Shown piece by piece: positions 1 through 8,223 of a DNA stretch of 64,000 nt; positions within the stretch are counted from its first letter, which is position 1, and every line of letters starts with the position of its first letter. This stretch comes from Gaiellaceae bacterium. Its GTDB lineage: Bacteria > Actinomycetota > Thermoleophilia > Gaiellales > Gaiellaceae. The notes below the pieces were generated by a model that saw only the letters and a program-made list of their open reading frames with translations, was not told the origin of the DNA and searched no databases. Location of the stretch: contig DATGDB010000047.1 of NCBI GenBank assembly GCA_035311205.1, positions 14,914 through 78,913 of the forward strand, read 5' to 3'. Position numbers and translations under genes: made by a program.

Positions 1-187
1 CCTCGATGCCGTCGAGCCGCGGCATCTTCACATCGAGAATCGCCAGCTCGGGCGCCTGCGACTCGGCGAGCTCGATCGCCTCGACACCGTCCCGCGCCTC
101 CGCGCAGACCTCGTGCCCGGCCTCCTCGAGCAGCTTCCGGAGGTCGAGGCGGATGATCGTCTCGTCCTCCGCGATGAGAATCCTCAT
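1..187 (-). CDS. Response regulator, receiver domain N-terminal part only (gene continues off the window); PdtaR/AmiR-like
   Basis: Reverse translation from ATG at 187 gives MRILIAEDETIIRLDLRKLLEEAGHEVCAEARDGVEAIELAESQAPELAILDVKMPRLDGIE. This is a CheY-like receiver (acidic ED pair, phospho-acceptor D in ILDVKMP). From memory it is very close to the receiver of the ANTAR regulator PdtaR of M. tuberculosis. Its ATG overlaps the TGA of the kinase gene (ATGA). Confidence 0.8.
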   Translation of the reverse strand, partial: MRILIAEDETIIRLDLRKLLEEAGHEVCAEARDGVEAIELAESQAPELAILDVKMPRLDGIE

Positions 188-1590
188 GCGGGGAACGCGA
201 CTTCCACTCGCAGGCCGCCGTTCGAGTGGAGCGCCAGCGTCCCGCGCAGCTCGTCGCGGACGAGGGCTCCGACGATCGAAAGCCCCGTGCCCGAGGGCTC
301 ACCGGTGAATCCCTCGCCGTCGTCGCCGATCGCCAACAGGATCTGGCCGTTCTGACGCGTGAGCCGGACGGTGACCGTCTCGCCGCCGTGCTCCAGTGCG
401 TTCTGGAGCAGCTCGCTGAAGACGAGCGCGAGCGCCGTCGCCTGGTCGCCGGCGAGCGAGATCTGCTCGAGCTCGGCCTCGATGCGCTTCGGCGACCCCA
501 GGCCCTGGACGAGCATCGCCCGGAGGCGGTCGAGGAGCTCCGCGAGCTCCACGTCGTCATGGCGGCGCTGCGTGAGCACCTCGTGGACGGCTGCGATCGC
601 GAGGATGCGGTTGGCGGAGTCGTCGAGCGCCTTGCGTGGATCGACGCCGTCGCCCGATCGCGCCTGGAGCCGCAGCAGCGAAGCGACGGTCTGCAGGTTG
701 TTCTTGACCCGGTGGTGGATCTCCTGGGCCAGGACGCCTCGCATGACGGCCCGTCCGTGCTCGAGCGCAACGGCGGCCTGGTGGGCGATGGAGGAGAGCA
801 GTGCGCGCTCCTGGTCGGTGAACGGCGTGTCACGGTCGCAGACGAGCTCGCCGATTTGCCGCCCCTTCCAGCGCAGCGGCAACCGGACGGCGTGTTTGCC
901 CGCGCGCCCCTCGGGCCACGCGATCTCCCCATCCTCGAGCACGAGGGCCGCTCCGGTCGCGCCGACTGCGTCCACCGTCGTCCGGACGATGGCCTCGAGC
1001 GATTCCTCCAGGTAGAGCGACTCCGAGACGGCCTCGGAGATCCGCGCCAGCGCCTCGAGCTCGCCGACCCGCTGCTGGGCCTCGCTGTAGAGCTTCGCGT
1101 GCTCGATCGTCTGGGCGACCTGGCCGGCGATCGCCACGAGCAGATCGATCTCCTCGCGGGTGAACTCGCGCGGGGCCAGAGTGCGGACGTTCAGCGCCCC
1201 GGCCAGCTTCTCGCGGGCGAGGATCGGCACGGCGAGGATCGACTCGTACTGATCCTCGGGTAGGTTCGGGAACCCCTTGAAGCGCGGGTCGAGGTGGGCC
1301 TGGCCCGGGATCATGATCGGCGCGCGCTCCGCGGCGGCGGTTCCGGTAATCCCTTCGCCTGGGCGCATCCGTGGCCGTCGGGTCATGGCTTCCACCGACG
1401 TTCCGTAGGTCGCGCGGAGGACGAGCTCGTCGCCGGCCTCGTCGTAGAGGTAGACGAAGCAGGCCTCGGTGTCGAGTGCCTCGGCCACCTTGCGGGCGAC
1501 GAGCGCAAGGACCTCCTCGAGGTCGAGCGTCGAATTGACCGCGGCGATCGTCTCGGTGAGGAGGCGGAGGTGCCGCTCGGAAGTGTCCAT
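184..1590 (-). CDS. Cytoplasmic sensor histidine kinase, tandem GAF domains plus HisKA_2-type core (PdtaS-like)
   Basis: 468-aa ORF. H-box is EIHHRVKNNLQTVASLLRLQ (HisKA_2/HWE-like). C-terminal HATPase_c motifs LLQNALEHG, IGDDGEGF and GTGLSIV are present. There are two N-terminal GAF-like modules and no TM segment. The gene is translationally coupled to the response regulator. Confidence 0.9.
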   Translation of the reverse strand: MDTSERHLRLLTETIAAVNSTLDLEEVLALVARKVAEALDTEACFVYLYDEAGDELVLRATYGTSVEAMTRRPRMRPGEGITGTAAAERAPIMIPGQAHLDPRFKGFPNLPEDQYESILAVPILAREKLAGALNVRTLAPREFTREEIDLLVAIAGQVAQTIEHAKLYSEAQQRVGELEALARISEAVSESLYLEESLEAIVRTTVDAVGATGAALVLEDGEIAWPEGRAGKHAVRLPLRWKGRQIGELVCDRDTPFTDQERALLSSIAHQAAVALEHGRAVMRGVLAQEIHHRVKNNLQTVASLLRLQARSGDGVDPRKALDDSANRILAIAAVHEVLTQRRHDDVELAELLDRLRAMLVQGLGSPKRIEAELEQISLAGDQATALALVFSELLQNALEHGGETVTVRLTRQNGQILLAIGDDGEGFTGEPSGTGLSIVGALVRDELRGTLALHSNGGLRVEVAFPA

Positions 1591-1739
1591 CAGGCGTACT
1601 GATTGTAGGAGCGAGACCCGAGGCTTCGACCGGCCGCTTCATTGAAAACCCGCAGCAATCTTGGGAAGATCGAAGCAGGTTCCAGCGTCAAGAAGAAGAC
1701 GGCGTCGGCCAAACGACGTCGGAGACGAAAGGAGCATCA

Positions 1740-2699
1740 ATGGAGGCAATCACCGCACGAGCTTCGCTCGTGCCTGCGGCTGATGTGGGCGAAGGGCTCA
1801 CGACCTCCCTGTCCCGGTCGGAGATCGAAGACGTTCTCGCAAGCGAGGAAGCCCCAATCGAGCTCGTTCTCGATGTCACTCGTTTCTCCGACGGCGAGGC
1901 CGCAGAGACCCACAACGTTGCGGTCTCGTGGGAGCGAAGCGACCTCGAGCGGCTGCTGCAAGAGGCACAGGGTGACGAGGTGGTCCTCACGTTCGATCGC
2001 GAGGCACTCAGCCAGGCAATCGAGAGCGATGTCGAGGGGCACGGGATCCGAGAGACGGTGCTTGCCTTGGCGGTCGCCGCGACAGCGGCGACGGGAGTCG
2101 CGGCAAATGCATCCGCAGATCCCGGCCAGCTGCCGGGCCTACGCGGGACGGTCGCGACGCAGTCCACCGGCAGCCCGGACGACAGAGCAGTGTCGATGGC
2201 GGCGCCGGCGCCCGAAGCAACTGTGGGCGTCGATGACCGCGCGGTGTCGCGAGCAACGCCGAGCCCCGACCCCGTCCTGGGCGTAGACGACCGAGCGGTT
2301 CCCCGGTCGGCCCCCGTCCAGACGCCGAGCATGGCGCCCGACGATCGGGCCGTCCCGAGGTCGGCACCGGCCGATACGCCGAGCCTGGCTCCGGACGACC
2401 GAGCGGTTCCACGGACGGCCCCGGTCCAGACGCCGAGCATGGCGCCCGACGACCGAGCTGTTCCTCGGGCGACCCCCGCGCCGACGTCGGCGCCGACATC
2501 GGTATCGCCGGACGACCGGGCAGTCCCACGGTCGACTCCGGTTGCGGCCCCGGTGACGGGCACCTCTACCGACACGGGGATCTCCTGGGCTCCGAGCCCG
2601 GCCGAGACAGCTGCATTGGCCGGCGTGATCGCGCTCGCCATCACCGGCGCGTTCTTCATGGTCGGCGGCCGGCGCAGGATGCGTCCCGGCGCAGCATGA
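1740..2699 (+). CDS. Hypothetical membrane protein with 18-aa DDRAV(P/S)R tandem repeats and a C-terminal TM anchor
   Basis: 319-aa ORF with SD-like AAAGGAG 7 nt upstream of the ATG. It has an acidic N-terminal ~100 aa, a hydrophobic segment (VLALAVAATAATGVAA), seven DDRAV-initiated Pro/Ala/Thr-rich repeats, then ALAGVIALAITGAFFMVGGRRR. A strong hairpin terminator follows the stop. Confidence 0.75.
   Translation: MEAITARASLVPAADVGEGLTTSLSRSEIEDVLASEEAPIELVLDVTRFSDGEAAETHNVAVSWERSDLERLLQEAQGDEVVLTFDREALSQAIESDVEGHGIRETVLALAVAATAATGVAANASADPGQLPGLRGTVATQSTGSPDDRAVSMAAPAPEATVGVDDRAVSRATPSPDPVLGVDDRAVPRSAPVQTPSMAPDDRAVPRSAPADTPSLAPDDRAVPRTAPVQTPSMAPDDRAVPRATPAPTSAPTSVSPDDRAVPRSTPVAAPVTGTSTDTGISWAPSPAETAALAGVIALAITGAFFMVGGRRRMRPGAA
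2178..2564 (+). repeat. Coding tandem repeat, 54-bp period (one 63-bp unit), 7 units
   Basis: Units begin at 2178, 2232, 2286, 2340, 2394, 2448 and 2511, each starting GAC/GAT-GAC-CGN-GCN-GTN (DDRAV). The units at 2286 and 2394 are nearly identical at the DNA level. Confidence 0.9.
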
Positions 2700-2706
2700 G
2701 CACATC

Positions 2707-2750
2707 CGAAGAGCGGAGCGCCGACTCCCGGCGCTCCGCTTCTTCGTTAC
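2707..2750 (+). terminator. Intrinsic terminator downstream of the repeat-protein gene
   Basis: cgaagagcggagcgccg-actc-ccggcgctccgcttcttcg forms a ~17-bp GC-rich stem with one bulge, running into UUCUUCGUU. Confidence 0.7.
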
Positions 2751-2806
2751 AAACTCTTTACGACCGAAGTCAGAAACGCTCACACCGGCGGCGTAGCGTC
2801 CAAGCC

Positions 2807-3064
2807 GTGAGCGAAGCGGCGCTGCCCGACCTCCGCCGGACGATCGGTTACCTGGTTGCCGACGTCAAGGGCCGTGTCGTCGGCCGCGTGGAGTGCCCGA
2901 TGTACGGCAAGACGCTGGATGTTCCCGACGCGCTCGCCGTTCGGTCCGGCTTCCTTACGCGGCGCCGCCGGCTCGTTCCGGCCGAGGCGATCGATGAGAT
3001 CGACGGCTCGATCGGCGTCGTCGGCCTGAACGTCGGACGGGAAACGATCAGGCCTTTCCTGTAG
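2807..3064 (+). CDS. PRC-barrel-like small protein
   Basis: Using the GTG at 2807 gives 85 aa: VSEAALPDLRRTIGYLVADVKGRVVGRVECPMYG...LVPAEAIDEIDGSIGVVGLNVGRETI. The pattern (G..V.D..G..VG.V ... vP...I) resembles PRC-barrel domains. The longer 2696 start would place the terminator hairpin inside the CDS. Confidence 0.5.
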   Translation: MSEAALPDLRRTIGYLVADVKGRVVGRVECPMYGKTLDVPDALAVRSGFLTRRRRLVPAEAIDEIDGSIGVVGLNVGRETIRPFL

Positions 3065-3155
3065 GCACCGTCTGCCTACTAGCGCGGCGCGCGGAAAAGA
3101 GGAAAAATGCAGCAGTCCTACCCACCGCTGCGGCGGGTGGGACGAACTGACGGCC

Positions 3156-3185
3156 GACTACGAGCTGCGTTTGCAGCTCGTAGTC
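3156..3185. terminator. Perfect 13-bp hairpin between convergent genes (PRC-barrel gene and glnA paralogue)
   Basis: gactacgagctgc-gttt-gcagctcgtagtc. A second weaker hairpin lies at 3121-3141 (cccaccgc..gcgggtggg). There is no clear U-tract on either strand (I-shaped terminator type). Confidence 0.45.
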
Positions 3186-3195
3186 GTTGTGGGGT

Positions 3196-4560
3196 CTACA
3201 GGACGGGCAGGTAGCGCTCGAGCTCCCACGACGTCAGCTGCACGCGGTAGTCGTCCCACTCCTTCCGCTTCAGCTCGATGTAGCGGTCGAAGATGTGCGG
3301 GCCCAGCGCCTCACGGGCGAGGTCCGACTCCGCCAGCTCGTCGATAGCTTCTCCGAGCGTCTCCGGGAGCGAGGTGATGCCGCGCTCGCGGCGCTGCTCG
3401 GGTGTCAGGTGGTAGAGGTTCGTCTCCATCGGCTCGGGGAGCTCCAACCCCTGCTCGATCCCGTCGAGGCCGGCGTGGAGCAGGCAGGCGAAGGTGAGGT
3501 AGGGGTTGCACGCGGGATCGGGGCAGCGGATCTCGGCGCGCGTTGCCTGCTCGTGGCCGGGCTTGTAGACCGGAATCCGGATCAGCGCCGAACGGTTGCG
3601 CTGTGACCACGCCGTGTATACGGGCGCCTCATAGCCTGGGACGAGCCGCTTGTACGAGTTGACCCACTGGGCGAAGACCGCCGCGATCTCACGCGCATGG
3701 CGCAACTGGCCGGCGATGAACGCCTTGCCCTGCTCCGACAGGTGCCACTTGTCCTCGCCGTCGAAGAACGCATTCCGCCCGTTGGCGAAGAGCGACTGGT
3801 GCGTGTGCATCCCGGAACCGTTCTCGCCGAAGATCGGCTTCGGCATGAAGGTCGCGTGGTAGCCCGCCTTCTTCGCCACCTCCTTGACGATCAGGCGGTA
3901 GGTGACGGTGTGGTCGGCCATCGAGAGCGCGTCCGCGAAGCGCATGTCGATCTCGTGCTGTGAGGGGCCGACCTCGTGGTGGACGTACTCGATCGGGATG
4001 CCCATGCCTTCCAGCGCGCGGACCGTCTGCTGGCGCAGCTCGGTCGCGGCGTCGAGCGTCGTCATCGCGAAGTAGCCGCCCTCGTCGAGGGTCTGCGTGC
4101 TCTTGTCGTCTTCGAAGATGAAGTACTCGAGCTCTGGGCCGACGTTGAAGGTGTCGAAGCCCATGCTCTTCATCCGCTCGAGCGCGCGCCGGAGGACATA
4201 GCGCCCGTCTCCGTCGTACGGCTTGCCGTCCGGCGTGACGATGTCGCAGATCATCCGCGCGACCCTCGTCTCCCCCTCGGCCCAGGGCATCAGCTGGAAG
4301 GTCTCGGGATCGGGGATTGCGATCATGTCCGATTCCTCGATCGCGTTGAAGCCGGTGATCGACGAGCCGTCGAAGCCCATCCCGTCGTTCAGCGCGTCCT
4401 CGAGCTCCTGCGGCGTGATCGCGAAGCTCTTCAGATGTCCCTCGATGTCCGTGAACCAGAGGAGCACGAACTCGACCTTCTCGTCCTGCGCGCGCGAGAG
4501 CGCCTTCCGCCGCGCCTCCGGGTCGGATGTCGCTCTCTCCCTCGATTCCACCTGCACCAT
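3196..4560 (-). CDS. glnA: Glutamine synthetase, type I (shorter, GSI-alpha-like paralogue)
   Basis: 454 aa. The N-terminal beta-grasp reads VEFVLLWFTDIEGHLKSFAITPQELEDALNDGMGFDGSSITGF. The catalytic domain contains MPKPIFGENGSGMHTHQSLF and NRSALIRIP. SD AGAGGAGG lies 6 nt upstream of the ATG. Confidence 0.95.
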   Translation of the reverse strand: MVQVESRERATSDPEARRKALSRAQDEKVEFVLLWFTDIEGHLKSFAITPQELEDALNDGMGFDGSSITGFNAIEESDMIAIPDPETFQLMPWAEGETRVARMICDIVTPDGKPYDGDGRYVLRRALERMKSMGFDTFNVGPELEYFIFEDDKSTQTLDEGGYFAMTTLDAATELRQQTVRALEGMGIPIEYVHHEVGPSQHEIDMRFADALSMADHTVTYRLIVKEVAKKAGYHATFMPKPIFGENGSGMHTHQSLFANGRNAFFDGEDKWHLSEQGKAFIAGQLRHAREIAAVFAQWVNSYKRLVPGYEAPVYTAWSQRNRSALIRIPVYKPGHEQATRAEIRCPDPACNPYLTFACLLHAGLDGIEQGLELPEPMETNLYHLTPEQRRERGITSLPETLGEAIDELAESDLAREALGPHIFDRYIELKRKEWDDYRVQLTSWELERYLPVL

Positions 4561-4573
4561 CTACGCCTCCTCT

Positions 4574-4616
4574 AACGAGAAAAGCCCCGGGCAACCGCCC
4601 GAGGCTCCGTTGCCTC
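4574..4616 (-). promoter_or_regulatory. Conserved glnA leader element: GAGGCAACGGAGCCUC block plus terminator-like hairpin and U-tract
   Basis: The minus-strand RNA reads GAGGCAACGG-AGCCUCGGGC-GGUU-GCCCGGGGCU-UUUCUCGUU followed by AGAGGAGG (SD). The stem is 10 bp with one G-U. The element shares the 16-nt block and the outer stem with the element at 9789-9837. Confidence 0.6.
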
Positions 4617-4638
4617 CATGCGGTCGGAGCCTAACACT

Positions 4639-5895
4639 TCACGCGGGCGCCTCAGCCTCTTCGAGCTCGGGCTCACGGCCGCCGTGGCGAAGCGCCCGCA
4701 GGAAGAGCACGATCGCGGGCGTCAAGAGGAGGCCGGTGGCGACGAGGGCTGCGCGGAGCGAGGCGACGGTGCCGACGACGCCGATCGCCGGCCCGCCTGC
4801 CACCTCCCCGATCGCGTCCGCCTGGCTGGCGATGGAGTTGACCGTGGCGCGCACGCTCGAGTCCTCGACGTTCTTGTTGAGCCACGTGGTGTAGAGCGGA
4901 TCCTTGAGCCGACGGGCGAGGCGGGCGACGAGATAGGCGATGGCAGCGACGGCGAAGCTCGCCGCGAGGCCGAAGATCACGACCGAGACCGAGAGGACGA
5001 TGGTCAGGCCGAGCAGCGTCCTAGCCAGCTTCGAATTATCGGCGAACTCGAAGCGCGGGACGAGGAACGACGTGATCACGATCCCGGCTACGAGCCCGGC
5101 GATGTTGAAGACGCCGAACCAGACAACCGGGTCGAGGCCGAAGAGCTCCGGCAACCCGACGTCGCGAATGAGATGCGCTTCCCACAGCCGGTCGAGGCCC
5201 TCGGAGGCGGCGCCGGCGAAGAAGGTGATGCCGACGATGAGGAGGAGGATGTTGTGCCCGCGCACGAGCTTCCCGCCGGTGACGGCAGTCGTTGTCATCG
5301 CCTTCAGCGGCGAGGTTCGCTCCTCGACCGGCCTGCGGACGAAGCCGTGCTCCGGCATTACGAAGATGCAGGCGATTCCGGTCAAGACGGACACCACGCC
5401 CCCGAAGACGATCCCGGCGCCGAGGTGCTGCGTGGCGATCGCGACGCCCAGGCCTGAGCCGACGATCGCGCCGAGATACGAGAACTGGGTTCCCCGCAGG
5501 AAGACGCGTCCGATTCCGTCGACGCCGTGCTCGTCGGTGATCCACGCCTCCCAGGCGCCGCTCATGAACGTGCCGGCGATACCGCGGACGATCGCGGCGA
5601 CGACGATCACCCAGTAGACGGCGGCCAGGCCGACGACGATCAGCGACAGGCCGGCCAGGATCATCCCGACGATGATCGAGAGCCGGCGGCTGTAGGTATC
5701 GGCGACGACCCCCGTCGGGACCTCGAACAGGAAGATCGCGATCTCGCTGACAGTTCCCAGCAGGACGAGCTGGAGCGCGTTCACGCCGATGTCCTGGACG
5801 AGGTAGACGGCGAAGACCGTGAACGCCGCCTGCATCCCGAGCGTGTCGAAGAACTCCATCCCGTAGAAGACACGGGTGGCGTCTGGCCGCTTCAC
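4639..5895 (-). CDS. MFS transporter
   Basis: Polytopic hydrophobic protein (MEFFDTLGMQAAFTVFAVYLVQDIG... with about 12 TM-like segments). I use the GTG at 5895, which overlaps the stop of the upstream methyltransferase (GTGA); ATG at 5859 is an alternative. The Arg-rich N-terminal part of the 573-aa ORF was rejected. Confidence 0.8.
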   Translation of the reverse strand: MKRPDATRVFYGMEFFDTLGMQAAFTVFAVYLVQDIGVNALQLVLLGTVSEIAIFLFEVPTGVVADTYSRRLSIIVGMILAGLSLIVVGLAAVYWVIVVAAIVRGIAGTFMSGAWEAWITDEHGVDGIGRVFLRGTQFSYLGAIVGSGLGVAIATQHLGAGIVFGGVVSVLTGIACIFVMPEHGFVRRPVEERTSPLKAMTTTAVTGGKLVRGHNILLLIVGITFFAGAASEGLDRLWEAHLIRDVGLPELFGLDPVVWFGVFNIAGLVAGIVITSFLVPRFEFADNSKLARTLLGLTIVLSVSVVIFGLAASFAVAAIAYLVARLARRLKDPLYTTWLNKNVEDSSVRATVNSIASQADAIGEVAGGPAIGVVGTVASLRAALVATGLLLTPAIVLFLRALRHGGREPELEEAEAPA

Positions 5896-6560
5896 GTTCG
5901 TTTCCTCGCGAGCACCCAAAGGAACGCCACGTCCCCCTGCGGCTCCCGCATCCAGATGAGCTCGTCGAGGATCGGCTCGAATCCTGCCTCGCGAACGAGG
6001 CGACGGTTCGTCTCGGCGTCGAAGCCGGAGAAGAACATCTCGACCCCGAGCCACTCTCCCGTCCAGTCGTCGCCTCCCACGTGGCTGAGCGAGGCGAGGA
6101 AGAGGCCTCCCGGCTTCAACCAGCGTGCGATCCGCCCGAACAAGGCGTTGTGCTCTTTTCGGGGGACGTGCATGATCGAGTAGAGGGCGGTGACCGCGTC
6201 GAACGTGTTGGCGGCGAAATCGAGTGCGCTGAAATCGCCACTGAGGAGCGTCGCTCGCGGCAACCTCGTGCGGGCGAGCCCGAGTTGTCCCTCCGAGATA
6301 TCCACGGCGACGAGGTCGAAGCTGTCGGCGAGGCGGGCGGTCTTGACACCGTTTCCGCATCCCAGGTCGAGCACGCGGCCGCCGCTTGGCAGCCGAGCCG
6401 CAAGCTCTTCGAGAAAGCGTGGCCAGGGATCACCGTCGATCCGCTCCCCCCATTCGCCGAAGCGCTGGCCGAGCTCGTCGTAGGCCGCCTGGACGGTCCG
6501 CTTGCGCTCGTCGGCGATCGGGCTCGGCTGTCTCACGGCCGCCTCCGCATCGAGATCCAC
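5892..6560 (-). CDS. Class I SAM-dependent methyltransferase
   Basis: 222 aa with motif I VLDLGCGNGVKTARLA and FDAVTALYSIMH, typical of Methyltransf_11/25 proteins. Confidence 0.85.
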   Translation of the reverse strand: MDLDAEAAVRQPSPIADERKRTVQAAYDELGQRFGEWGERIDGDPWPRFLEELAARLPSGGRVLDLGCGNGVKTARLADSFDLVAVDISEGQLGLARTRLPRATLLSGDFSALDFAANTFDAVTALYSIMHVPRKEHNALFGRIARWLKPGGLFLASLSHVGGDDWTGEWLGVEMFFSGFDAETNRRLVREAGFEPILDELIWMREPQGDVAFLWVLARKRT

Positions 6561-7390
6561 GGCGGCTGCGGCGCGAAACCGAGCGCGAGGTTGATCGCCT
6601 GCATCCCCTCGTTGCGGTCCTGCGTGAATGTGATCAGCTCGTGGTAGCCGTGAGCGGCTGCCCAGGCGATCTCGGTGCGCTTGAGCAGCGTCGCGATTCC
6701 GCGCCGGCGGTGCGACCGTCGAGTTGCAGTCAGTCCGTGCTCGAGGCGGCCTGCGCCCCGCTCCATCAATGCGGCGAAGCCGACCACGTCACCCTCGTCC
6801 AGCGCCAGGAACGCCACCGGCCCGGGCACCTCCTCCTCGCGCCAGACCTCGTAGGAGGGGGCGTCGACCTCGACCTCCGTCGGCAGGTCGGCCCACGCCT
6901 GTCGCGTGAGGTCGTACGCTGCTTCGTGGAGCTCATCCGTCAGCTCCACGACCTGGATGCCGTCGAGTGCCCCCGGCAACTGCTCGTCGCCGCGCAGCTG
7001 TAGCACGAGCTCGACCTGACGGCCGTACTCTTCGAAGCCGCGCCGCTCGGCCCATGCGATCGACTCGGGGTCGGCACCCGAGACCTGCGTCGAGAGCCAC
7101 TCCGGCTCGAGCCCCCGGGCGTAATCGACCAGGAGCTGGAACAAGCTGGAGCCGACACCGCGACGGCGCGCAGCCGGAAGAACCCGGACGCCGACGTACA
7201 GCCGACCGGCGGAGTCCGTCGGCGTGACGCAACCGGCCGCGATCTCATCGCCGGTCAGATACAGCCGCTCGGGCTGGCGGGTGATCCGCCGCTCGACCTC
7301 CTCGACCGTGATGGGCTCGCGTGGCGTGATCGCGGTCCAGACGTCACACCAGAGGGCGAGGTCTGCGTCGCTTTCGGCGCGCCGGATCAT
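6533..7390 (-). CDS. Tandem-GNAT N-acetyltransferase
   Basis: 285 aa starting at the ATG at 7390 (ATGA overlap with the permease stop). Two acetyl-CoA motifs are present: RRRGVGSSLFQLLVDYA and HRRRGIATLLKRTEIAWAAAHG. The upstream part of the 531-aa ORF was rejected as antisense or out-of-frame junk. Confidence 0.85.
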   Translation of the reverse strand: MIRRAESDADLALWCDVWTAITPREPITVEEVERRITRQPERLYLTGDEIAAGCVTPTDSAGRLYVGVRVLPAARRRGVGSSLFQLLVDYARGLEPEWLSTQVSGADPESIAWAERRGFEEYGRQVELVLQLRGDEQLPGALDGIQVVELTDELHEAAYDLTRQAWADLPTEVEVDAPSYEVWREEEVPGPVAFLALDEGDVVGFAALMERGAGRLEHGLTATRRSHRRRGIATLLKRTEIAWAAAHGYHELITFTQDRNEGMQAINLALGFAPQPPWISMRRRP

Positions 7391-8223
7391 CCCGACCGCT
7401 TCAGCTTTCCGTGCTGCTTCGCATAGCGCTCGCCTCGGCGGAAGACCCAGAGGCCGAGCGGGATCGAGACGATGCCGATGAGAACGAGCGGCCAGAGCTC
7501 GTCGCCCATCGCGCTCAGGCCGTCGCCGTCCAAGATCGCGTCCCGTAGGCCGTCGAGCGCGTAGGTCGCAGGCGAGATCCTCGAGAAGAACTGCATCCAC
7601 TCCGGCAGCACGTCCACCGGGTAGTAGACGCCGGAGACGACGAGCAGGATCCCCTGCGCCATGAACCCGAGCTGCGTTCCCTTCTCGGGCGAGATCAGCG
7701 GCAGGACCGCCGTCATCATCCCGATCCCGATGAACGAGACGGATGCTACGAGCAGCACGACGAGGGCGGCGAGGAAGTCCGCGTGGCTGAGGTCGAGACT
7801 GAAGAACAGCGCCACGACGCCAAAGAGCAGGATCGCGCGGACGATTCCGTAGACGATCGCGAACAGGCCCATCCCGAACAGGTGGACGGGGCGCGAGAGG
7901 GGGGCCATGAACGTGTACTCGATCGTCCCTTCCCAGCGCTCCCACGCGACGGTCTCGGTCAGAATCTCGAAGATCACGCCCAGGTAGGCCCACACGACGG
8001 CGCCGACGAGCAGCGTCGTCGTGAGGCGCTCGACGTCGACGTCGCCGCCCGTCGCCTGTACGCCCTCGCCGATGAAGACGATCGTGAGCGTGTTGGCGAC
8101 CGTCCAGACGAAGAAGGCGATGTCCCACCAGATGTAGCGCCTGACCAGGTAGACGTTGCGCTCGAAGACGCCAGCGAGCCCGATGAGCTCGTGACGGAGA
8201 ACCGCTGCTGCTCCCTGGGGCAT
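7387..8223 (-). CDS. ABC-2 type transporter permease
   Basis: 278 aa with six hydrophobic segments. The start overlaps the stop of the ATPase gene. Confidence 0.85.
   Translation of the reverse strand: MPQGAAAVLRHELIGLAGVFERNVYLVRRYIWWDIAFFVWTVANTLTIVFIGEGVQATGGDVDVERLTTTLLVGAVVWAYLGVIFEILTETVAWERWEGTIEYTFMAPLSRPVHLFGMGLFAIVYGIVRAILLFGVVALFFSLDLSHADFLAALVVLLVASVSFIGIGMMTAVLPLISPEKGTQLGFMAQGILLVVSGVYYPVDVLPEWMQFFSRISPATYALDGLRDAILDGDGLSAMGDELWPLVLIGIVSIPLGLWVFRRGERYAKQHGKLKRSG

Noticed and set aside
2178-2564. Tandem repeats (here and at 50470-50637) as a possible CRISPR array or non-coding satellite
   Set aside because: There are no unique spacers between the repeats, the periods are multiples of three, and both arrays translate into coherent peptide repeats. 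They are coding (or coding-derived) repeats.
2696-2806. Longer start (ATG 2696, ATGA overlap with the repeat-protein stop) for the PRC-barrel ORF
   Set aside because: The extension would contain the strong terminator hairpin at 2707-2750 and an AT-richer promoter-like stretch. Its translation (Ser/Arg-rich) looks non-coding. The GTG at 2807 is preferred.
4574-4616. Identification of the glnA leader element as the known glutamine riboswitch (glnA RNA motif / Downstream-peptide motif)
   Set aside because: I do not see the conserved three-stem/E-loop core sequence of that family as I remember it. The element here is a single hairpin with a conserved 5' flank. This cannot be settled without a covariance-model search.
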